Below, in pieces: positions 14,890 to 24,046 of a stretch of 64,000 bases of DNA. Below the pieces are notes generated by a model. It saw nothing but the letters and a program-made list of their open reading frames with translations, had not been told where the DNA came from and searched no databases. Position 1 is the stretch's first letter; each line of letters starts with the position of its first letter. Source of the stretch: a virus; the IMG/VR virus record IMGVR_UViG_3300029314_000002, positions 5,460 to 69,459 of that record; one strand, 5' to 3'. Both the position numbers and the translations under genes were made by a program.

Positions 14890-17090
14890 GATGCGATGCC
14901 TTTCAGTTCGGGTTGGGCGGCGCGCTGGGCGATGCGGTCGGTGGCGAGTTGGCAGTAGGTGGGGGATTGTTCGATGAGGGTGATACGGCACTGGTCGCCC
15001 TGGGGGAGGGAGAGGGCGGCGACGGCGGTTGTGCCGCTGCCGGCGAATGGGTCCAGGATGTGGCAGCCGGGCCAGCCGTAGAGACGAATGAGGTTTTCGG
15101 CGAGTTTGAGGGGGAAGGGGGCGGGGTGGCCGATGCGGGTGGCGGATTCGGGGGCGATCTGCCAGTGATCCTGGGTGAGCTGCATGAAGATGCCTTCGGT
15201 TTGCAGCCAGGGGCTGACGAGGGCGCCGGGGTTGTTGGTGGCGGGGACGAGGATGCTGCGCGGCATGGGGGGTTCGCCGGCACGGCTTGCGATGATGATG
15301 GCTTCGCAGGTGTCGCGCAGGACGGGGTTGGTGGGGCGGCCCCACGATCCCCAGGCGGTGGAGTTGCCGGATGTGCCTTTGTCCCAGATGATCTGGCCTT
15401 CGATTTGGAGGCCGGCGGAGTAGAGTTGGGCGTAGATGCGGGGGGTGACGGGTACCCAGGGGGAGCGGCCCATGCCGAAGGGGACGTTGACGCAGATGCG
15501 GCCGCCGGGGGCGAGGATGGCGATGCAGGCGGCCCAGACGGTTTCGAGGAGTTGGTCGTAGTCGAATTGGTCGAGGGCGTCGTTGTGACCGTCGTAGGCG
15601 ATGACGCCGGTGTTGTAGGGTGGGGAGGTGATGACTAAATTGACGGGGGAGGTGATGCCGGCGATGGCTGTGCGCGCGTCGGCGCAGATGATGTTGATGT
15701 TGTGGGCGGATACGGGCGTCTGGAGATCGGGAACCTGGGGGGTGGCGGCCTGCAGTTCTTGCAGGAGGGCCTGGACGGCGAGCAGGCGCTCGGTGGCGGT
15801 GGATTGGGGGATGAAGCGGCTGGCGCTGAGGGCGCCGAAGTCCCGGATTTGGGCGGGGGTGTTGCGCGCGATGATCCCCTGCAGCAGTTGGATGGGGTTG
15901 CCGCCGCTGTAGGTGAAGGAGAAGTGGAGCCAGTTCTTGACGGCGCTGATGAGTTGGGCGAGCCGTTCTGGCGTCGGTGCGGTGGGTTCTGTGAGTGCTG
16001 TGCGCGCTTGGCGGGAGACTTCGGCTTGGTTGTCTATGAATGATTGGACGGCTTCGGCGGCCTGTTCCGGGGAGATGCGCAGGTTGCGGGTTTTGCCGGC
16101 GCTGATGAGGTAGTCGCGCATCCAGGCACGCTCGGTGGATGCGATGTCGGCGGTTTGGTTGATGTGTTCGAGGAGGGCGCGGAGGGCGGTTGGGGTGGCG
16201 TCGTGCAGTTCTTGGTCTGGTTCAGAGGTTGTAGCCCGGGTGTGGCCGATGTGTTCCGATTGCACCGCCTGGCCGATGGCGGCCGTGTTCATGGTGGCAA
16301 CGGCGCCGGACTTGGTGATATAAGTGCGCTCGTCAGAATTCTCACTGGCAACGTTGCCAGTGAGATCGCTGCGGACCCTGCTGACAAACGTATGTGAGAC
16401 GGCGCAACGTTGGGAAATCTCCCGATCTGACCACTTCACCCACTCAGGATCCCTCAGGATGCGCTCGACCGCCCGCCGCTTATCGGCGTTGGTGCGCCGG
16501 AGGCCGTGCCTGGCATTGGCGCCGGCAGAGTAGAGGATCGCCTCCCGCTGCGTGCCGGCGATCACGGTTGCGTTGATTTGTGTGCGGCCGGCGGTGAGCG
16601 CCGCGTTGACCCGATGGAAGCCATCCACCAGCCAGTAGTCGTGCCCGTCGTAGAACACCTCCACGGCCGGGAATTTTGCGCCGGCCGCCATCGCCTCGGC
16701 GTACTCGGCCAACGTTTCGTTGTCGAGGGCGGCGCGGGGTTGGGTGCCGCCGTCGCGGCGGATGAGCTTGAGGGGGAGTTTTTCTTCATGGGGGGAGGCG
16801 GGAGTTGCCGCGGTCGTGGCGTTGATGAGGGCGGCGAGGCCGTTGTCGGGAGTGGTCTGGCGGCCGTTTTGTTTTCCGTTTGGCGCGATTGGGGTTGGGG
16901 TTTGGGTGACCAGGTCGCGGGTGCTGAGGATGAGGGTTGTGCCGTCAATGTGCCAGCACGGCTCGGTGAATGGGTCGTCGGGGCTGATTTCGTAGATGTC
17001 TATGTTTGCGCGCGCGACGGTGTGGCCGGCGGTTGTCCAGCGCCGTCGCGCGCTTTCGATCTGGTCGAAGGGAATGGGGGTGTAGCTCAT
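14886..17090 (-). CDS. ParB/Srx-like domain fused to beta-class N6A/N4C DNA methyltransferase
   Basis: Start MSYTPIPF (17090, ATGA with upstream stop); ParB-like LIRRDGGTQPRA...YWLVDGFHR; motif IV SPPYN then motif I LDPFAGSGTT. Confidence 0.9.
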   Translation of the reverse strand: MSYTPIPFDQIESARRRWTTAGHTVARANIDIYEISPDDPFTEPCWHIDGTTLILSTRDLVTQTPTPIAPNGKQNGRQTTPDNGLAALINATTAATPASPHEEKLPLKLIRRDGGTQPRAALDNETLAEYAEAMAAGAKFPAVEVFYDGHDYWLVDGFHRVNAALTAGRTQINATVIAGTQREAILYSAGANARHGLRRTNADKRRAVERILRDPEWVKWSDREISQRCAVSHTFVSRVRSDLTGNVASENSDERTYITKSGAVATMNTAAIGQAVQSEHIGHTRATTSEPDQELHDATPTALRALLEHINQTADIASTERAWMRDYLISAGKTRNLRISPEQAAEAVQSFIDNQAEVSRQARTALTEPTAPTPERLAQLISAVKNWLHFSFTYSGGNPIQLLQGIIARNTPAQIRDFGALSASRFIPQSTATERLLAVQALLQELQAATPQVPDLQTPVSAHNINIICADARTAIAGITSPVNLVITSPPYNTGVIAYDGHNDALDQFDYDQLLETVWAACIAILAPGGRICVNVPFGMGRSPWVPVTPRIYAQLYSAGLQIEGQIIWDKGTSGNSTAWGSWGRPTNPVLRDTCEAIIIASRAGEPPMPRSILVPATNNPGALVSPWLQTEGIFMQLTQDHWQIAPESATRIGHPAPFPLKLAENLIRLYGWPGCHILDPFAGSGTTAVAALSLPQGDQCRITLIEQSPTYCQLATDRIAQRAAQPELKGIAS
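16340..16365. repeat. Perfect palindrome CTCACTGGCAACGTTGCCAGTGAG, copy 1 (inside the ParB-methylase gene)
   Basis: 24-bp core identical to 40379..40402; flanking T/A extends it to 26 bp here. Confidence 0.9.
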
Positions 17091-17302
17091 GGGAGTGCTC
17101 CGATGCCAGCGAGGACGACGGCGAGGAGGATGACGGCGATGATGATAGCGAGAATCCAGCGCGCTGAGGGGCGGATGTCGGCGTCGTCGAGGCCGGCGCG
17201 GTAGCCGGAGTTCCATTCCTGGGTGGGGGGGGATTCGATCCGGGGAGTGGTGGTGTCTTGGGTGGCGGCGCGGTAGCCGGAGTTCCAGTCTTGTGTTGCC
17301 AT
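17087..17302 (-). CDS. Small C-terminally anchored membrane protein with internal WNSGYRA repeat
   Basis: Start MATQDWNSGYRA (AAGGAG RBS); TM WILAIIIAVILLAVVLAGIG. Confidence 0.5.
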   Translation of the reverse strand: MATQDWNSGYRAATQDTTTPRIESPPTQEWNSGYRAGLDDADIRPSARWILAIIIAVILLAVVLAGIGALP

Positions 17303-17306
17303 GATG

Positions 17307-17747
17307 TCAATCTCCTTCGGTTTCGCCGGCGGCTTGGGCGGCGAGTTCAATGAGTTCGCGCGTGGTGATGTATTCGATGCGGCTTTTGGGGGTGCGTCGA
17401 ATGGCCCATGCGATGATGGTGTGGGGGTCGGTGACGGTGAGGGATGCGGCGGCGCCCTTCACGCGCTTGACGGAGATGCGGCGGAGGGCAAGGATTTGTT
17501 GGGCGCGTGCGATGTTGTGGGGGGTGATGGGGGGCGCAGGCGCAGCCGGGGGTTTACTTGAGCTATCGCCGCTGCGCTGAGGCAGAGGGCGATGAGGAGG
17601 GGACAGAAGATCATCCAGGGGTCGAGCAGGAAGATGTTGGCCATGGCGATGCTCCTCCGCTGGGGGTGCAACGATTGGGTCTTCCAGGCGTCGCAGGTAG
17701 AGGGCGACGGCTGCGATGATGAGGAAAAAACCGACGCTGGTTGTCAT
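17307..17747 (-). CDS. Hypothetical protein (N-terminal TM, low-complexity middle); may be more than one gene
   Basis: 146-aa ORF; the alternative-frame ORF 17459..17671 also begins with a TM-like segment. Confidence 0.35.
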   Translation of the reverse strand: MTTSVGFFLIIAAVALYLRRLEDPIVAPPAEEHRHGQHLPARPLDDLLSPPHRPLPQRSGDSSSKPPAAPAPPITPHNIARAQQILALRRISVKRVKGAAASLTVTDPHTIIAWAIRRTPKSRIEYITTRELIELAAQAAGETEGD

Positions 17748-18133
17748 GGTTGTGTGTCCTCCACGACGGGAAAGGGGCCGACCCAGGCAGGCCAGGGGAC
17801 GGGCCAGGGGGCGCCCCAGCGGGCGTACATGATGGCGATGGCACGCAGTTGGGCGGCGTAGTCCTCGCTGTCATCCTGGGGGACGTGTGGGGGGGTATCG
17901 GGAACGGGTTGGCGGCTGTGGGGCGTGGTGATGGCGATCCACGCGTTGATGGAGCTGCGGGAGATGATGTACCGGCAGCCGCGCCCACGGCTGTTTTTGA
18001 TGGCGCGGGCGTGAACGAGCCGGCGGTAGATCCAGTACCTGACGGCGTCGCTGCTGATGTTGTAGTGATGGGCAACGTCGGCGACAGGCCACCATTCCGG
18101 ACCGTCCGGGAGGGGAGCGAGGTCGTATTTCAT
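17744..18133 (-). CDS. Excisionase/MerR-type helix-turn-helix DNA-binding protein
   Basis: WWPVADVAHHYNISSDAVRYWIYRRL. Confidence 0.6.
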   Translation of the reverse strand: MKYDLAPLPDGPEWWPVADVAHHYNISSDAVRYWIYRRLVHARAIKNSRGRGCRYIISRSSINAWIAITTPHSRQPVPDTPPHVPQDDSEDYAAQLRAIAIMYARWGAPWPVPWPAWVGPFPVVEDTQP

Positions 18134-19215
18134 GAGGTTGCTCCTTTTCCGCTCTGGACGATGATGGCGGTTGGGCGCGTGCCGGTGGCTTGCTCCCAGG
18201 CGAAGGAGATTCGTCTCCCCATGCGATTTTGCACCCAGGCAGAGCGGTCACTGTCTGGTTCGTTGAGGGATACTACGAGGGTATCCCCGCGTAGTTCGGC
18301 CGTGGAACGTTGCATAAGGCTGTCGCCGTCGCTTCCGGCGTCCAGCCATTGGAGGGCTTTTGCCCATAGGGGGTCCTTCGGTGCGTGGGCTGGCTCCGGG
18401 TTCGCTTGGGTGAAGATTGCAGTCGCCAGTTCAGGCGGCAGGGGGGGCGGCAGGGATAGGCGGGGTGGGCCTTGTAAGGCACGGCGCCGGCAGACGCCGG
18501 CGATGTAGTGGAGGTCGTCTTTGCGGGTGCGGTTGGATGCAACTCGCTGCGCTTCGAGCACTTCGGCGTCGCCGTAGAGGTTGCGTAACTCGTCCCAAGT
18601 TTGTGGGTGTTTCTGCGAGCGCTGCGCGTCATCGTTATGTGTAGGAGGATTCTGTATATGATGAGTATCTATATCTACATATCTATGTAGTGTCGGTTTT
18701 TCCGACCGGTTCGGGGCAAACCGGTCGGTTTTTCCGACTGGTGCGGTCGGTTTTTCCGACTGGTCGGTTTTTCCGACCGGTTGGTTTTTCCGACCGGTGT
18801 GGTCGGTTTTTCCGACCGGTGTGGTCGGTTTTTCCGACCGGTTTGGGGCGGGGCGGGCGGAGGGACGGGGGGCGCGGGGGATGTCTGGGTCTGGGAGTCC
18901 AACGTTGAGGACGCGGTAGGAGCTGGCGCGCCCGCGGGCGCGGAAGACGGCGATGAGTTTGACTTCTTCGAGTCGTTGGATGGCGGCGATGACCGCCTCT
19001 TTGCTGTCAAGGCCGGCCAGGGTGGCGATGGTGGGGATGTCGGCGTGGAATTCGGGGCGGCCGCGCGCGAGGAGGACGAGCGCGGTGTAGACGGCGAGGC
19101 CGGCTGCTTTGATTTGTTGTGCGTGGTCTGTGTTGACGCTGTTGTCAATCCAGTACCAGGCTGGCTGTCTGCCATCGCTGATGACGATGGTTTCCTCTTG
19201 GGTTTCGCGGGTCAT
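18130..19215 (-). CDS. Replication initiator-like winged-helix protein carrying the iteron array
   Basis: AVYTALVLLARG...IATLAGLDSKEAVIAAIQRLEEVKLI; start MTRETQEE (19215) chosen over 19278; EKPT.PVGKTD repeats are translated iterons. Confidence 0.6.
   Translation of the reverse strand: MTRETQEETIVISDGRQPAWYWIDNSVNTDHAQQIKAAGLAVYTALVLLARGRPEFHADIPTIATLAGLDSKEAVIAAIQRLEEVKLIAVFRARGRASSYRVLNVGLPDPDIPRAPRPSARPAPNRSEKPTTPVGKTDHTGRKNQPVGKTDQSEKPTAPVGKTDRFAPNRSEKPTLHRYVDIDTHHIQNPPTHNDDAQRSQKHPQTWDELRNLYGDAEVLEAQRVASNRTRKDDLHYIAGVCRRRALQGPPRLSLPPPLPPELATAIFTQANPEPAHAPKDPLWAKALQWLDAGSDGDSLMQRSTAELRGDTLVVSLNEPDSDRSAWVQNRMGRRISFAWEQATGTRPTAIIVQSGKGATS
18692..18842. repeat. Seven ~19-22-bp iterons (candidate ori)
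   Basis: GGTCGGTTTTTCCGACCGG units, each itself an inverted repeat (CGGTCGG-TTTTT-CCGACCG); AT-rich tract 18661..18690 alongside. Confidence 0.8.
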
Positions 19216-19240
19216 ACCACACCCTGTTCTGCTTAGGCAT

Positions 19241-19435
19241 TCAATTTCGATGGACGCTTGGTGGTGTGGGGGTGTCATTGTCTGTAGGACGGCCGGTAAG
19301 CTGGAGCCATTCGCGCAGCAGTTGACTCCATGCTGCGGAAAATGACCTGAATCCTCGTTCTCGTTTGTAGTTGGTGACCACGGCTTCTTCCCAGGCCGTC
19401 ATGCTGACGTTCTTGGTGGTGGGTGTTATGTTCAT
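19241..19435 (-). CDS. Small Cro-position regulator (first gene of the leftward early operon)
   Basis: Start MNITPTT at 19435 with AGGAGA RBS; divergent from the XRE repressor. Confidence 0.5.
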   Translation of the reverse strand: MNITPTTKNVSMTAWEEAVVTNYKRERGFRSFSAAWSQLLREWLQLTGRPTDNDTPTPPSVHRN

Positions 19436-19486
19436 AGTTCTCCTGCTGGAGGTTTCAGGGGGTTTCATTTGCTGCTACCACGTACA

Positions 19487-19515
19487 ATGATAGCCTTTTT
19501 GCTAATTTTTGTCAA
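19487..19515 (-). promoter_or_regulatory. Leftward early promoter TTGACA-N17-TATCAT
   Basis: Read on the minus strand in the divergent intergenic region. Confidence 0.6.
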
Positions 19516-19552
19516 GTTTTGTGTTGAGGGTTGATGCAGATGTAGCTGTGCT

Positions 19553-19581
19553 ATGACATTTGCCGCAAGCGGGTGTAGAAT
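19553..19581 (+). promoter_or_regulatory. Repressor promoter ATGACA-N17-TAGAAT (leaderless transcript predicted)
   Basis: The -10 hexamer ends 6 nt before ATG 19588 and there is no SD. Confidence 0.55.
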
Positions 19582-19587
19582 AGCGGC

Positions 19588-19965
19588 ATGAGCAGTGTTT
19601 TGGGTGAACGGGTGTTGTTGTGCCGACGTGATTTGGGGATGAATCAGTCGGAGTTGGCGCGGTTGTCTGGCGTGAGTCGGGCGCATATTTCACGTATGGA
19701 GACTGGGTACGTGACGAGTGTTTCGACGGATGTGTTGTTAGGGTTGGCGAAGGTGTTGAGGACGCGTGCGTCCTATTTGTTGGGTATATCGGATGATGGT
19801 GTGGGTGATGAGGATAGTATGGTGCAGGATAATACTGTGGTCTACGAGGTGGACACGCCTGATGAGCGGCGATTTATGGAGTCGTTGATGGCGGTGGTGA
19901 AAGATTTGAGTCGGGAGGATCGGGCTTTTCTTTTGTTGATGGCGGAGAAGCTGCGAAAGAGGTAG
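19588..19965 (+). CDS. XRE-family (CI-like) repressor
   Basis: LGMNQSELARLSGVSRAHISRMETG HTH. Confidence 0.9.
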   Translation: MSSVLGERVLLCRRDLGMNQSELARLSGVSRAHISRMETGYVTSVSTDVLLGLAKVLRTRASYLLGISDDGVGDEDSMVQDNTVVYEVDTPDERRFMESLMAVVKDLSREDRAFLLLMAEKLRKR

Positions 19966-20033
19966 CCGGTGTCGGGGGCGCGCCTGCATTTATGGGTTGC
20001 TCTGTGCGTCACCGCGGGTTGCCGCGGTGACGT

Positions 20034-20786
20034 TTATTGTGCGGGGTGGAGAAGGTTGTGAAGGAGTGCAGCGCCGCGCGGGGTGCGTCGCATGTGGCGG
20101 GCGGTGGCGTTGAGGGTCCGCTGTGAGAGGTGGGGGACGCCGGCGCGTTGGCCGAGCCGGCCCAGGGTGCTGCTGATTTGGGCGCGGGAGATGGGGTCGT
20201 CTGGGTGTTTTTTGTCGCGCCAGAGTGGGCTGGCTTTCCAGGCTATGAAAATGTGGGTGTCCTGGTCGGCGGGTTTTTTGGTGCGCGCGGCGTAATGTTG
20301 GAGTGCGGTGCGGGCGGCCGGCGGGAGGTTGGGGACGCTGCTCCAGCGCAGGGCGAGGGGGTTGGCGCCGGCGAGGGCGACGAGGATAAGTGCGGATGCG
20401 CGCGCTCCGCTGGCGGTGTGGTGGCCGGCTGTTTGTAGGATGTGGTTGATTTGGTCGAGGGTGATGGTCTGGGGCGGTTTGTGTTTGCTGTGGGGACGGT
20501 TGATGTGTTGGTCGCGCGCGGGGTTGGGGCCTGGGTGGAGTCCGCTGGCGATGGCGTAGTCGAGGAAGCGGGAGATGCGGGAGAGGGAGTTGATGATGGT
20601 CTGGTCGCTGAATCCCTGCCGGCGCAAGGTGTTTTTCCAGTCGAGGACGCTGCCTGGGGTGATGGCGGCGAGGTCTTGGGTGGCGGTCTGTGTGATGAAT
20701 TGGCGGCATGTGGCCCGGTAGGCGGAGGCGGTGGAGGTCGGGCGGGCGTGCAGCCAGTCATCAAGGTGTTGGTTAAGGTCTTGCAT
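20034..20786 (-). CDS. Degenerate tyrosine-recombinase-like protein (SAM-like N-domain retained, catalytic residues not recognisable)
   Basis: AYRATCRQFI...SLSRISRFLDYAI; the C-terminal half lacks a clear HxxR and Tyr. Confidence 0.55.
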   Translation of the reverse strand: MQDLNQHLDDWLHARPTSTASAYRATCRQFITQTATQDLAAITPGSVLDWKNTLRRQGFSDQTIINSLSRISRFLDYAIASGLHPGPNPARDQHINRPHSKHKPPQTITLDQINHILQTAGHHTASGARASALILVALAGANPLALRWSSVPNLPPAARTALQHYAARTKKPADQDTHIFIAWKASPLWRDKKHPDDPISRAQISSTLGRLGQRAGVPHLSQRTLNATARHMRRTPRGAALLHNLLHPAQ

Positions 20787-20815
20787 GGTGATTTTCCTTT
20801 CTGTTTCTTGATTGT

Positions 20816-21544
20816 ATGTCAAAAGGATGGGTGTTAAAAGTGCGGGCAATCTGCGCGTGCGCGGTTGGGCTGATGGCGGTTGTGCTGTTTGGGGGATGCG
20901 GGCGGTTGGCGCTGTTCTCTGCGCCCGCTACGCCGGTGGTGGTGACGCGCGTGGTGGAGGTGACGCGCGTGGTGACGGTGGTGGTGACGCGCGTGGCGGT
21001 GGTGACGCGCGTGGTGACGATGACGCCAACGCCAACGATGAGTCCTACGCGCGCGCCAACGATGACGCCAACGCCAGTGATGGTGATGGCGCCGGCCGGG
21101 TGGGTGACGTATACGCATCCGGCCGGGACGTTCTGGTTGTTGGTGCCTGGTGATGCCAGGGTGAACCGTGAGACGGTGGATACGACGACATTCGAGTTGC
21201 CCGGTCAGGTTGGGGTGGTGGTGGCGCTGGCGGCCGGGTCGGTGATGGTTGGAGATGAGGAGGCGATCTCTGATCTGGTGCGCGGGGTGTTGGGTGTGCA
21301 GAGTTCGCTGGATACGGTGCGGGTGTTGGGCCGTGGGTGGGTAACGGATCCGCTACGGGCGAATTATGTGGATTCTTCGGTCAAGGATTATGCGTCAGAG
21401 GTGGTGAATTATCGGCTCGATTTGGCTGCGCCGTTGACGGGTACGCGGTCGCTGCGCGGGGTTTTGCTGCGCCATGGGCGGGCGGTGACGGAGGCCGACC
21501 GGAGGCTGTTGGGGACGATGTTGGGGACGCTGCGTGTACGATAG
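20816..21544 (+). CDS. Lipoprotein with VVTRVV tandem repeats and PT-rich linker
   Basis: Signal peptide plus lipobox LFGGC. Confidence 0.7.
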   Translation: MSKGWVLKVRAICACAVGLMAVVLFGGCGRLALFSAPATPVVVTRVVEVTRVVTVVVTRVAVVTRVVTMTPTPTMSPTRAPTMTPTPVMVMAPAGWVTYTHPAGTFWLLVPGDARVNRETVDTTTFELPGQVGVVVALAAGSVMVGDEEAISDLVRGVLGVQSSLDTVRVLGRGWVTDPLRANYVDSSVKDYASEVVNYRLDLAAPLTGTRSLRGVLLRHGRAVTEADRRLLGTMLGTLRVR

Positions 21545-21724
21545 GGGTTACGGGGTGTTTTTTGCAAGTTTGTTGTATGTGGATGTATGCGCAGTTAATT
21601 TTGGCATGATGGGGGGGGGGATGAAGGACGCTGGACAGGGTGGTGCATACGGTGCGGTACGGCGGTGGGAGTACGGTTCTGTCCTGGGCACTACCGTAGG
21701 TTGTAGGCTGTTTAGGGGTGGGTG

Positions 21725-21772
<48 letters not shown>

Positions 21773-21795
21773 ACTGGTGTATGTCAGTTCCCTAT

Positions 21796-21830
21796 AAACA
21801 GCCTTTGGATGCTAATCCAGGGGCTGTTTT
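21796..21830 (+). terminator. Rho-independent terminator after the tRNA fragment
   Basis: AAACAGCC..TGGAT-gcta-ATCCA..GGCTGTTTT. Confidence 0.6.
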
Positions 21831-22077
21831 GCGTAGTGGGGACGGGCGATGTATGGCAAAATTCCTATTTTGGGCTGGACGAGGGTTGGGGGATAGGAGG
21901 CAAATGCGCCAATTGGGGGTGTACGGTTGGGGCGGCTGTAGGGGTTAGGGTGAGGCGCAGGCGCCCGAAGATCGGTCGGCAATGGGGCCGAGGGCCGCAA
22001 GTGGGGCTTTCGATCAGGCGGTCTGTGGATGTTTGATGCGCAGCGGCTGCTGGGGCTGCTGTGGAAGGAGCGATGGT

Positions 22078-23037
22078 ATGCGATTGCCCGATGCGGTTGA
22101 TTGGTATTGGACGGCAAAGGTTGATTTGTCGCCGGCGACGCGACGCGATTATGCGCTGACGTTTCGTCGGTTGGTGGAGTTTGTTGGGCAGGATAAGCAG
22201 ATTGAGCAGATGACGGCGATTGATTTGCAGCGGTTTTTGTCTCATCTGCGGGATACGCTGGTTGGGCGGCGGAAGGGGCCGGTCAGCAAGAAAACGCTGT
22301 GCAATGCGTGGGTGGCACTTTCTAGTTTGTGGGAGTGGGCGCATAAGCAGATCGGGATTGCTCATGTGGTGCGCGAGCATGTGCCGTGTCCGCGCTATTT
22401 TCGGCCAGAGATCGAGCCGTTTTCGGTGGCAGATGTTGAGGCGATGCTGAAGGCGTGCGAGTCGTATGAGCAGGATAATCGTTTGGCAGGGCAGCGGATG
22501 CAGGTGGCGCTGCCGGTGCTGCTGGTGGTGCGTAATCGAGCGATTATCAGGACGCTGTTGGACACGGGGATGCGCCGCGAGGAGTTGGTTAAGCTGAGGG
22601 TGGAAGATTATAACCGCCGCACGGGACATGTTGCGATTCGCCACGGGAAGGGCGATAAGGCGCGCACGGTGTATTTGGGAAAGCGGACAATGAAAAGTCT
22701 GGCAGAGTACCTGATGATGCGGAAGAAGTTGGAGCCACAGATGCCGCTGTTTCATAGTGAATCTGGAGACGATGAGGGGCGGTTTATGTTGGGCAGCAGT
22801 TTGCAGAAGTTGATTGCGCGGTTGGGGAAACGCGCACATGTGGATCGGGCGTTTCCGCATCGGTTCCGACATACGTTTGCGGTGCTGTTTTTGCGCAGCG
22901 GCGGGTCTGAGCTGGCGCTGCAGCGGCTGTTGGGACATGAGAGTTTGGAGACGGTGCTGATCTACGCGCGGTTGGCGCAGACGGATGTGGAGAATCAACA
23001 TAAGCTCGCCAGTCCGGTAGATCGGTTCAGGGTATGA
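22078..23037 (+). CDS. int: Tyrosine integrase
   Basis: Start MRLPDAV (GGAAGGAG RBS); LLDTGMRREE, HRFRHTFA, LLGHESLETVLIYA. Confidence 0.9.
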   Translation: MRLPDAVDWYWTAKVDLSPATRRDYALTFRRLVEFVGQDKQIEQMTAIDLQRFLSHLRDTLVGRRKGPVSKKTLCNAWVALSSLWEWAHKQIGIAHVVREHVPCPRYFRPEIEPFSVADVEAMLKACESYEQDNRLAGQRMQVALPVLLVVRNRAIIRTLLDTGMRREELVKLRVEDYNRRTGHVAIRHGKGDKARTVYLGKRTMKSLAEYLMMRKKLEPQMPLFHSESGDDEGRFMLGSSLQKLIARLGKRAHVDRAFPHRFRHTFAVLFLRSGGSELALQRLLGHESLETVLIYARLAQTDVENQHKLASPVDRFRV

Positions 23038-23040
23038 GGA

Positions 23041-23074
23041 AGGGCCTATCTGGGAGTACCAGATAGGCCCTTTT
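23041..23074 (+). terminator. Rho-independent terminator
   Basis: AGGGCCTATCTGG-gagta-CCAGATAGGCCCT + TTTT. Confidence 0.85.
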
Positions 23075-23113
23075 GCATGTACTGCGTTAAAAAATCAGCG
23101 GGTCTGGGGTCGG

Positions 23114-24046
23114 TTAGAAGGACGGCGGCGGTTTTGTGGCGCCAGCCGCTGGAACGTCTGCCACCGCTTTGCGCGCGGTGACATCGGCAATCCAGAGGCT
23201 CCACATTTCGTGGGCGGTTTGGGGTTGATGATCGGATTTGAGCCGATCATAGGCGTTGCGCGCGTGGACGAGCGCTTCGAAGCAGCCTTGCTCGAAACCC
23301 CAGGCGATGGCTTGTTCTGGCCCAACGAAGCTGGCTGGGGTGGTTTTTTCGATGGCGTCTTGCTCGGTCGGGCTGAGGCCGCCATAGACGGCCTGCTCGA
23401 TTTTTTCGGGCATTCCAGCCCAGCAGTCGCTGTCGTCCCAGATTTCGATGCCGCTGCGCCCGCGGCGCGCCCAGTCAATACGGACTCCTCGCCGGCCGTT
23501 TTGGAGGACGGTCAGCTTGAGGTTGAGCGAGCGGTACAGGCGCGCGATTTCGGTGCGGCTGACCGTTTCTGTGATGATTTCGGCGGCTTTGGCGTCGCGG
23601 CCGGTCTGCAGGTGCCAGGTGTAGAGCACGTCGGTGCCCCACATGTTGACAGCATCCTGCAGCAACCGCATGGCGAGCGCCTTGTCCTTCCAGGCCGCCA
23701 TGCGATTCTTGTTACGCTCGGCATCGTTCTGCAGGATCGCCTGCGACACGATGGGCGCCATGATGGCCGTCAGAGAGTCCACCACGATGGTGCGCACATC
23801 GCTGCCCGGCATCCCCTCGTGCAGGCGCTGCACGATCTGCTCCACGACGACGTTGTCGGCAGGGGTGTCAGACAGTTCGTAGGCGCCGGCTGCGGCCAGC
23901 CTGGCTACTTCGTTGAAACGCTGGTCGGCGTCAATGGCGAGAATGGGGCCGCGCATTTGGGCGGCGAAGGTGGATTTTCCGGATCCGGGAAAGCCGACTA
24001 ACGCCCAGAGGCGACGCGGGAGAGCTTGCTTGAATGGCTTGAACAT
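23114..24046 (-). CDS. RecA-fold/AAA_24-like phage ATPase (Sak4-type guess)
   Basis: Walker A GFPGSGKST, Walker B TIVVDSLT. Confidence 0.7.
   Translation of the reverse strand: MFKPFKQALPRRLWALVGFPGSGKSTFAAQMRGPILAIDADQRFNEVARLAAAGAYELSDTPADNVVVEQIVQRLHEGMPGSDVRTIVVDSLTAIMAPIVSQAILQNDAERNKNRMAAWKDKALAMRLLQDAVNMWGTDVLYTWHLQTGRDAKAAEIITETVSRTEIARLYRSLNLKLTVLQNGRRGVRIDWARRGRSGIEIWDDSDCWAGMPEKIEQAVYGGLSPTEQDAIEKTTPASFVGPEQAIAWGFEQGCFEALVHARNAYDRLKSDHQPQTAHEMWSLWIADVTARKAVADVPAAGATKPPPSF

Noticed and set aside
17459-17671. Alternative-frame ORF with TM-like start (MANIFLLDPWMIFCPLLIAL...) inside 17307..17747
   Set aside because: It is plausible, but it cannot be separated from the overlapping 146-aa ORF without comparative data. 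It is noted under that feature instead.
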